Below are positions 54,211 through 64,000 of a stretch of DNA of 64,000 bases, one piece after another. The position numbers and the translations under genes are program-made. The stretch spans positions 83,328,001 to 83,392,000 of the forward strand of contig NC_043003.1 of assembly GCF_006345805.1 (NCBI RefSeq). The letters run 5' to 3'. The notes below the pieces were generated by a model. It worked only from the letters and a program-made list of their open reading frames with translations. It made no database searches and was not told where the DNA came from. Positions within the stretch are counted from its first letter, which is position 1. Each line of letters opens with the position of its first letter. The DNA is from Octopus sinensis (Eukaryota).

Positions 54211-54518
54211 ATAATCAGGCGATCGTGGATATATCCGAGTCAGAAGTACTTAAATGCGTGTACACAGGCATCAAATTACTGATTATTCTAAATCCTCCTT
54301 CACACTCGTTATATTCACGAGAACATACATAAACATATAGTAGCGTCAAAACCTTTGACCAAAAATGAAGACACATAAATTGATGTAGTCCTACATACAC
54401 CAAGTACAATATCAGCTGGTTACCGATGATTAAATAATAATAGCCTAGCATAATGATAAACCAACGAAGGACGAGAGATATGTACAGTGTCTCTCTCTCT
54501 CATTCTCTCACTCTCTCA

Positions 54519-54549
<31 letters not shown>

Positions 54550-54734
54550 ACTCTCTCTCTCTCTCTTTCCCTCTCTCAGCTAAAGGTAGAAATTAATCAT
54601 CATCCACCGTCTTAATAAAACAGATAAATAAGTAATAAAGAAAAAGGTAAACAGTAAAATAGATAAGTAGATATACAGAGATAGAAAGAGAGATATAAAC
54701 AAACAGACATAAAAATAGATAGATAAATAGACAA

Positions 54735-54822
<88 letters not shown>

Positions 54823-55163
54823 ACATATATACATCTATTTACTCAGATATCTATCTATATATATATATATATATATATTTAATATAATTATTAATAAGGG
54901 TGAGAGATTAGATACTAATTTAATAGTATATTTATTCAACACCAAGTGGCCTAGTGCTACGAGAAACCTGGATTATTATAATATTTTATAACATATTATA
55001 ATATTTTTACAAAATAAATATAAGAGAGTGGTCACTTATTGCTCACTCTAGCACCAGTTAATCCAAAAGTTTCAACCACGAAAATACATTTTTCCATGAA
55101 AGCCAGTACGACTGTTAGCTCACACGGACAGGGCAAGTAAAAAATAAAAAAATACAGATTATT

Positions 55164-55240
55164 TTGGGACAATTGTTTCGCTATTAATGAATTAAATGTA
55201 ATATTACTTACAAAAAAATCCATTTGTGCTCGTCAGCCAA
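55164..55240 (-). ncRNA. Antisense-arm copy of the same hammerhead
   Basis: Reverse complement reads TTGG CTGACGA GCA...TAGC GAAA CAATTG TC CCAA. One nucleotide is missing from the 5' strand of stem II. Confidence 0.6.
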
Positions 55241-55671
55241 GACTATCTGGATGAAATCCACTCAATCACACGCCAGATTTTACCATAACGATAAATACGC
55301 GTGTGGTTCAATTGATTACATCCGACGTTATAATTCAAATGCCCCAACCAACAGCGCGCCAAACTTTCACGGAAAACAAATACAGCATTTTAGAATAAAT
55401 GCAGCATATTATAATTAATTAATAAGGGTGAGAGAATTAGATACTAATTTAATAGTATATTTATTCAACACCAAGTGGCCTAGTGCTACGAGAAACCTGG
55501 ATATTATAATGCTGCATTTATTTCTAAATGCTGTATTTGTTTTCCGTGAAAGTTTGGCGCGCTGTTGGTTGGGGCATTTGAATTATAACGTCGGATGTAA
55601 TCAATTGAACCACACGTATTTATTTATGGTAAAATCTGGCGTGTGATTGAGTGGATTTCATCCAGATAGTC

Positions 55672-55748
55672 TTGGCTGACGAGCTACAAATGGATTTTTT
55701 TGTAAGTAATATTACATTAATTCATTAATAGCGAAACAATTGTCCCAA
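55672..55748 (+). ncRNA. Minimal type I hammerhead ribozyme (C3-G8 core)
   Basis: TTGG CTGACGA GCTA[long insert]TAGC GAAA CAATTG TC^CCAA. Stem I is TTGG/CCAA, stem II is GCTA/TAGC, stem III has a palindromic loop. Predicted cleavage is after C55744 (GUC). Confidence 0.75.
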
Positions 55749-55961
55749 AATAATCTGTATTTTTGTTATTTTTTACTTGCCCTGTCCGTGTGAGCTAACA
55801 GTCGTACTGGCTTTCATGGGAAACATGTATTTTCGTGGTTGAAACCTTTTGGATTAACGGTGCTAGAGTGAGCAATATAGTGACCACTCTCTTATATTTA
55901 TTATATATGTATATATATATATATTTAATAAATATAATCACGTTTACAGTGAGTGTGCCTG

Positions 55962-56029
<68 letters not shown>

Positions 56030-56918
56030 CGTGTGTGCATATGTGTGTATGTATGTGCGTGTGTGTGTATGTAAATGTTATGTGCGCGTGTATGTGTGTG
56101 GGCAAAAATAACAGACTAACAACAAACGTAAGAAAATATGACCCATTCTACTCCAAATCCTCTCCCACCCTCTAAAAGTTCTTCTAGGTTTAACTTTTTC
56201 TTCTGAGAAAACATTACTTCTAACATAACTAAGCATTCTTAGGCCTAACTAATAGAAATTTCCTGATCATTGACCGTTATATGAAATTACTTAATAGAAA
56301 TAATTTGAAATTAAGCTATAGGTGTGCATCAAATATTAAAAAAAAATTATAAAACAGTATTATAGTATTCCTACCGCATAAAATAATGGTTAATTGATTT
56401 TGCAGAAACAAAGATAAACGCCTTCTCAAAACAGTTCTGCAACACTAGGGTAATTATTTTGAAAACCAATTTCATATTGCATGAAAAGAAACTGAGTTGC
56501 CTTGAGAATATATTCAGACAGAATTATGGAAGTTAAATTCAAATTTCTAATCACACTATTCTTTTTTATCGGAATAATTGATAGAAAAATAAGGTAACTA
56601 TCAAACTATATTTGGAAATTGAAAAACAGCAGAATAAAATTTGACATTCAGTGGAAAAGTTTTGAAAAATGTAAGCTTTATCCAAAACGGAAAAACTTCA
56701 TTCTAAGAATTCTCATATAACAAAAGTATAAAACACAATATAAATGTCAGATTTGAGATTTTCTATCACTGCGCATATTTCTGAAAATTCTGTCTAGGAA
56801 ATTTCAAAAACACAAGACAACCTGATCAAAGCAAATTCCCCACGCTGCCATATATCAAAAAGACGCTCTCTCTTTCACACACACACACACGTGCGAGTGT
56901 ATGCATATATGTGTGTGC

Positions 56919-57005
<87 letters not shown>

Positions 57006-57449
57006 AAGAGAAATATCTGAGTTGGCAATGGCATTTATTTGAACAAAGAAAAGAGAGTAAATTGTCACCGGATCACTGGCTGGCTGTTTCTTTCATCTGT
57101 GCAAATTACCAAGGTCAAAATGTGTTCTCTATTTTGTTCATCTCGGTGTTTCCTTCTGCTGGCTATAAGGTTGATCAACTGACACATTTATGACCCCTGT
57201 TAGGTAAATACAGCTTTCCTCTTGTCCTTAAATAATCAGACTTCTTTCCTGTAATTGGGAGAACTTTTGATATTTGACATTAACTCCCTTTCTTCTTTGG
57301 GATCAGGCCTCAATTGCTGCTAAGCGATTTTCTACGATATTTAAAACCGGAAATAGTTTCAATAATCAAGAATTTCTTTCGTGTAGCATTTATATACACT
57401 TTATTTTTCAAATACATAATCCGACCACTTTGAGCTACTTCCTTTAGCT

Positions 57450-57492
<43 letters not shown>

Positions 57493-57499
57493 TATATAT

Positions 57500-57533
<34 letters not shown>

Positions 57534-57534
57534 A

Positions 57535-57572
<38 letters not shown>

Positions 57573-57910
57573 GTATATATATATGTATGTATGTATGTAA
57601 GTATGTATTATGTATGTATGTATGTATGTATGTATGTATGTATGTATGTATATAGATATGTATGTATGTATTTATGTATATATACATCAGCGCCTTGTTC
57701 CGCTAGAGATAAGATAGAACAGTTATTGTGCGGACGGCGTCCACTGTAGAGAAACGGCCATACAGAGCACTCCTCTTGTCTCCAGACAAGGCATGTCAAA
57801 TTGGGTGAAATTCTTGATACTTGCGACTTATGTCCTTTGGAATTCATTGCAGTTGACTCCAAGCGATAGGAAAAAATTCAATGGACCAGGAATATACGTA
57901 CATACATATG

Positions 57911-58004
<94 letters not shown>

Positions 58005-58064
58005 ATATATATGAAAAAACAAGTCAAAATAGAAAACGCTAAAATAATTTTATAAAGAACATTT

Positions 58065-58102
58065 CAGTACCGGTTTCGGTCATTTTGAGACCTTTTCAAC
58101 TG
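58065..58102 (-). ncRNA. Minimal type I hammerhead ribozyme with U3-A8 core
   Basis: Reverse complement reads CAG TTGAAAA GGTC TCAAAAT GACC GAAA CCGG TA^CTG. Stem I is CAG/CTG, stem II is GGTC/GACC, stem III loop is the palindrome CCGG, and the site is GUA. It lies near a (TA)n tract. Confidence 0.75.
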
Positions 58103-58656
58103 TAACGATTAAATAATTAAATTTAGAAAAATTAGAAGAAAAGTTTTTTTAAAGGAATATTCGTATAGTGTTCAGATATAAGTGGCATTCTGCCTTTCTC
58201 TGACTCCCTTGTTTGCACATGCATGTATGTATGTATGAATGTATGTATGTATGTATGTATGTATGTATGTATGTATGTATATAGTGTCTTCTACGTGGTT
58301 TTACAGACATTATATCATACCCTTGATACTGCATAAACTGGTTTCCTCGTTTAGAGGCCTATGCCATTAAATTAAGTATTGAAAACGCATGGTACGCAAA
58401 TTAGAAACTACAGTTGCCAGAAGCTATTAGGTTTCATGGTACAAATAAATATATAAATGTTTTAGCAACATGTTTCTCTTAAATTACTCAAGTGACGCAA
58501 ATATCTCTGCTGAAACTCCAGTAAAGTGCAAAATTGATTAAGGGTCTTCATCGATTTTTTCAGTCTGCAATGAATTAGTTAAATTTTACATTTTTTTATT
58601 GTCTAGTGTTTAGCCTTAAATATATACATGTTTTACATACACATACTTATACATAC

Positions 58657-58690
<34 letters not shown>

Positions 58691-59090
58691 TTGTTGAAAT
58701 GGAAAGATGAATTTTCTTGTTACAGATTATTCAAAAGTTTAACCGATACCTGGGTAGCAAAAATCACAGCAGAAAAAAACACGGTTGGAGATAAGACCAT
58801 ATGGTGTTGCAACCGTGCGTTCGTGCGGATAATTGAAGTTTAATTAATATAATGGATAAACAGTTTATCCATGGGCTCTTAAGGAGCGTCCGCGTTCGAA
58901 TTGCTTTGCTGCGCCTCTGTTTTGTTTTGTTCTGACAACGTAATTCCTGGTTTTTCCTGAAGAGAAAGCTGCAATATGGTATCCTTATTTAATCAGAATT
59001 TGGAAAATTGTGGCCTTTGAAACATGTGTAGAATGTAATAAAAGGAATTCTGTACAATCTTCGTTCAACTCCATTTCTTCCATTCACTAA

Positions 59091-59139
<49 letters not shown>

Positions 59140-59151
<12 letters not shown>

Positions 59152-59233
59152 GAAATGAGGTAACCAGAAGATCGGATGGTTCATATTTATGAACCATCCG
59201 ATCTTCTGATTACCTCATTTCTTCTAATATATA
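59140..59233. repeat. Near-perfect palindrome (46-bp arms, 2-nt centre, one mismatch)
   Basis: ...TTAGAAGAAATGAGGTAACCAGAAGATCGGATGGTTCATA TT TATGAACCATCCGATCTTCTGATTACCTCATTTCTTCTAA... Confidence 0.95.
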
Positions 59234-59462
59234 ATACCTGTACATCATCTCCAAACCTTCCAATATATATATATATATATATATATTCAGGTAGTTAAGT
59301 CTATGTCCGGTAATAGAGGGACCTATCGTTTCGCATCCACAAAGGGCTTAGTCCAGTGAACGTCTCGTCAAATTCTAAAGCCGAATATAATATATATATG
59401 TATGTATGTGTGTATATCAATATAGATATATGTCTGTATATGTGTGTGTGTGTATATGTCTA

Positions 59463-59519
<57 letters not shown>

Positions 59520-59599
59520 GTATAGATAGATAGATACATACATACATACATACATACATACATACATACATACATACATACATACATACATACATACAT

Positions 59600-61480
59600 T
59601 TAACTTTAACTCCACGTTACTTGAAATTTTGTGGAGGTTATCAGTGGCCAGAGGCTTTAAGCTGTAGCGACAATAGTAGTATTGAGCATTTTTGTTATTG
59701 ATGAATATTGTAAATTCTCACAAAGCCAGAACTGAAAATTATAACATCAATAGGAGTAGAAGAAGCCCCTAAAAATGCATAATATGGTGTTGCTGAAATC
59801 GTTTCGATTGTCTCAAGGTCTCCAGATAAACCGGCAGACAGGATCTAGAGTTTTCTCTGTCACTATACCTAAAGTCGTATATGTGTTGCGCGTACTTTCC
59901 CTTAAAACTACCGTTGCTCAAGCCCTAGATAATATCAGTAATATTTTGTGAAGCTGGGATTCTCCAGGATACTGGGATTCTCCAGGTAAAATTTCGATAG
60001 ATACAGCTAGGAGTTTAAGCGAGAGATTTTTCAGGTACGTGTCTGTGTCTATTGCAGTGTGCAATGTTGGAAGTATCTAAGCATGAGTAGCAAACTTTTA
60101 CGTTGTGATAATTAAAGGGTTTATGGGGTCTATGGGTTCTTGGAAAATGCAATTTAATTCGCATCATGATGCTCCTAGGTACATCGGCGGAGGCTTGTAA
60201 ACTGCATCGAAGATTAAACCAGATTATTTTTCCCTATCTGCTTCTTTCAGGGTTCGAGGGTTGAGGGTGGAGAATCTTCCTTATATACTAACGTATCGCT
60301 AAGACTTTTTCGCAAGTGCCTTTTCATGGTGAGTTACGAACTTGAGGAAATTTCGCTAATATATATTATATATTTGAAATTTCTTTTTCTAGGTCAGAGT
60401 TTAGATTTCTTATTACAACTTGGATGCTAAGAACGCGTATGATATTAACGGTTTCCTCATTAGCTTTATCTGAGTGTAGTACTTTCCTGTCTCAAAGTCT
60501 AGGGTAACATCCAGAAAATCGACCTCTGCTAAACTAGCGATAACAGGTATAATTAGGTGGAATACTTTGAAGGTGTTTACACGATTCTTCCTGAACTTAT
60601 CCACTACGTGGTCATTTATATAACTTGGGAGTGCCAGATAATCATCTATATACAGAGATGAACTAATGGGGTACGTATGTTTTGTTATGGTGTCTGGCGT
60701 TTTGTTACGGGTTGCCTTTCATTTTACCCAGTACTACCAATCGTGGAGCAGATGTGATTTTCACGCGTTCATAATGTTTCTGGTGAATCATTTATCAAAG
60801 TCTATAGCTTTCAGAGGGAAGGATTTCGATATTGAAGGATATAAATCCATCATATTGAACTTTGTTCTCGATACCACAGAATAGTTGATTACCGCTGCAA
60901 TCCTATTCTGCTGATTCCGTAGCCCTTCTAATATCGGAATTGATAGCATGGAAAATGTGCTTAATTAGAATACCTGTCTTGCTCTAGGTGGTCTTGATTA
61001 GCCAAAATTTATGATCTGGAAAAGAAATTTGAATTGTGTTTTGTTTCTTAAGCGTGATATGAAGACAAGTAGTGAGACGGTGCTTATGTCATTGTATGTT
61101 GAAATAGTGGTTATTTTATAGTGGTAATTTCTAAGGGGTTTTGTGTTTGGATGTGTTTGTTTCATACATGTTCTTTATTTTGTCAGTGAGAATGTGTATA
61201 ATAAGTGATTGTTTGGAGTGTCATCTAACTGTTTAAAGAGTTTAAAAGTTAGAACGATGCCAAAATCTTACTTTTGACTGTGTTCATCAAATCTTCTTCG
61301 AAGGTCTCAAGGTCCTCTATCTGGGGAAAGTATTTCCATCATTTGAAGCTAGATTTATTTGCGGATGTGTTGGCAATTAGATGCTCGAAGATATATGCTT
61401 TTCAGCGCCTGTGCATGATTACACTTATCGTTTCCTCGATACGTCGTAGTAAATAAATCATCTCTGGGTAATATTCGGAT
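59600..61480 (-). mobile_element. Degenerate Penelope-like element (RT plus GIY-YIG endonuclease)
   Basis: Minus strand has MDLYPSISKS (~60830), LYIDD (~60650), VDFLDVTLDFETGKYY (~60500), IIWFN (~60220), NVKVCYSC (~60095) and YYLGL.NGSFKGKYAQH (~59890-59935). Many stops and frameshifts. Confidence 0.9.
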
Positions 61481-61495
61481 GTTTTTCAATGCAAC

Positions 61496-61557
<62 letters not shown>

Positions 61558-61608
61558 ATAGATAAATAAGAGATACATACATACATGCAGACATACATAC
61601 ATATATAT

Positions 61609-61641
<33 letters not shown>

Positions 61642-61642
<1 letters not shown>

Positions 61643-63065
61643 CATATCTGACACCAACTTACTCTTTTCATTCCTACCCACGCTCTCTCTTCATTGATAC
61701 CCCTCCATCTACACACCACCAACGCACATTGCACTCCCACATACACAACCTGACCCCCACATCCCCACTTCATCGCCACATCTTCGCTCCACCCTACACT
61801 CCTCTATCACACCAAGCCACCCCACACCTCCACACCACTCTACACACTAGCACTGACCACTTCTCAGCACCCACACCACACACCATCATATTCACACCCA
61901 CACACAATCATCCGCGCACCCACACACCATCATGCACACACGCACACATTACAGACGCACACACTTACAAACACACACATCCGCACGTCAAAGCCACTAG
62001 CCCCTATTCACACCCACACACATTTTCACATACACACACGCACGTATGCTCATCTTCGTTTTGGGATCACCAATACTTTATTATCACCCTTCTTTCTACC
62101 TCTCCTGTCAAACCTTTTTTCCCAACCAGCCGCCATGCCTAATTGCTAAATCCACAAGTTTTTTTTTTATTCTCTCTCTCTATTTTCACTTACTCCTTTC
62201 TCTCGAAGAGCGTAGGCTCAATACATAAAACACTTTCTCACTTTACCGAGCGTCAAACTTATATATCTGTTTGTTGTTCATACAGCCGTCTTCCTTCGTC
62301 TTTTGCTTTTCTATGAATTTCAACAATATATATATATATACACACATATATACATATATATATATTATATATATATATATACATATCTGACACCAACTTA
62401 CTCTTTTCATTCCTACCCACGCTCTCTCTTCATTGATACCCCTCCATCTACACACCACCAACGCACATTGCACTCCCACATACACAACCTGACCCCCACA
62501 TCCCCACTTCATCGCCACATCTTCGCTCCACCCTACACTCCTCCATCACACCAAGCCACCCCACACCTCCACACCACTCTACACACTAGCACTGACCACT
62601 TCTCAGCACCCACACCACACACCATCATATGCACACCCACACACAATCATCCGCGCACCCACACACCATCATGCACACACGCACACATTACAGACGCACA
62701 CACTTACAAACACACACATCCGCACGTCAGAGCCACTAGCCCCTATTCACACCCACACACATTTTCACATACACACACGCACGTATGCTCATCTTCGTTT
62801 TGGGATCACCAATACTTTATTATCACCCTTCTTTCTACCTCTCCTGTCAAACCTTTTTTCCCAACCAGCCGCTATGCCTAATTGCTAAATCCACAAGTTT
62901 TTTTTTATTCTCTCTCTCTATTTTCACTTACTCCTTTCTCTCGAAGAGCGTAGGCTCAATACATAAAACACTTTCTCACTTTACCGAGCGTCAAACTTAT
63001 ATATCTGTTTGTTGTTCATACAGCCGTCTTCCTTCGTCTTTTGCTTTTCTATGAAATTTCAACAA
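61642..63065. repeat. Tandem duplication, 739-bp unit, near-identical copies
   Basis: 61642-62326 and 62381-63065 differ at only a handful of positions; a (TA)n spacer separates them. Confidence 0.95.
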
Positions 63066-63086
63066 TATATATATATATATACACAC

Positions 63087-63125
<39 letters not shown>

Positions 63126-63333
63126 TATATACATATATGCATGTATGAATGTATGTATACATGCATGCGTGTATGTATGTATATATATATATATTACGGA
63201 GATGTACTTGCATAGCAAGTGACCTGATCTGAGATCGTGTGCTGGAACGAAAACAATTGCAGCATGGAAGGTGTTTATAAGCCATTTAAGAAATACAAAA
63301 CCTTCTAGATTCACTTCAACATTTAAATTTAAT

Positions 63334-63382
63334 TTGCCAAAATATTTTCGTAGCTTTGAGACCGCGACCTGTTCACTGACAA
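63334..63382 (-). ncRNA. Minimal type I hammerhead-like motif with G3-C8 core
   Basis: Reverse complement reads TTGTCA GTGAACA G GTCGC GGTCTCAAA GCTAC GAAA ATAT TT^TGGCAA. Stem I is 6 bp (one G-U), stem II is 5 bp with one mismatch, there is an extra G after A9, the stem III loop is the palindrome ATAT, and the site is UUU. Confidence 0.55.
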
Positions 63383-63516
63383 AATTCCGTGCTGCATCTA
63401 TATACATATGTATATATACATATGTGTTCCCATGTATATAGAAGAAATAATAAGAAAGGGTTGCGTGTGTGTCTGTGTGCATGGATGTGTGTTGGTGTGT
63501 GTGTGTGTGTGTGTGT

Positions 63517-63565
<49 letters not shown>

Positions 63566-64000
63566 AAAACTATTGCTTTTGCGGTTACAATTTGATCTTT
63601 TGTGTTTAATAATAATGAGGTACATTTTGAAATAAATCGATTGAATATATAGATGTCTTAGAGAAATATTATTACCACCACTAAGCTTATTGTTTTTCTT
63701 CGTCATTGGAATTTTGCTTGGGATATACATTGATCCTTCACTTTTCTAGAGATAACTAGAAGAGCTGGTCGCAGTGTCTTGTCAATGTAAAAGAAATAAT
63801 TAAGCTGGCTGTTGGCCAATTATATTTCCATATAAATTGATGTCAAACAGCAGACGATCAAGTGAGCAGTAATAGGCTTTGAGAATTCAACGAGACATAT
63901 TTTAGAATGAAATCTGAGAAATTTCTCTTAATTTCCAAACACGATGAGTAGATTCTGGCTTGAAATCGCGGAATCTTAACCTGTATAACCTCACTAGCAT

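Larger units (their letters stand above)
55013..55902. repeat. Fold-back inverted repeat with ~400-bp arms (PLE pLTR-derived)
   Basis: 55013-55415 is the reverse complement of 55503-55902, with only scattered differences. The spacer sequence (55420-55510) is also present as a direct copy at 54892-54982. Confidence 0.95.

Noticed and set aside
62195-62230. Hammerhead in the duplicated unit (GAAGAGCGTAGGCTCAATAC)
   Set aside because: Only a stem II-like hairpin is present; neither core strand matches.
61729-62881. His/Thr/Pro-rich 137-aa and 192-aa ORFs
   Set aside because: CA-rich composition lacks stop codons, the ORFs lie in a duplicated repeat unit, and no domain is recognisable.

Overview
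AT-rich, microsatellite-dense eukaryotic DNA. The SINE families and repeat landscape look like an octopus (coleoid cephalopod) genome; this is an inference. I could not identify any intact host protein-coding gene, tRNA, rRNA or CRISPR array, so the window reads as intergenic or deep intronic. It is largely made of decayed mobile elements: an L1/Tx1-like LINE (ORF1 and ORF2 remnants), a hAT Buster/Charlie-like transposase relic, two R4/Dong-like LINE 3' halves beside (TAA)n tracts, RTE and CR1 3' ends, a FLYWCH-MULE (Phantom-like) transposon with both termini, a Tigger/pogo relic, Penelope-like elements (PLEs) and many copies of three tRNA-derived SINE families. Three things stand out. (1) Several PLE-type minimal hammerhead ribozyme motifs lie between 49 and 64 kb, and their core 3-8 pair occurs as C-G, U-A and G-C. 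(2) A ~400-bp fold-back inverted repeat carries a hammerhead in each arm. (3) A ~3.4-kb, highly diverged array of ~59-bp units with internal dyad symmetry lies at 40.2-43.6 kb. Almost all ORFs in the supplied track are microsatellite or transposon artefacts. Boundaries of old elements are approximate.
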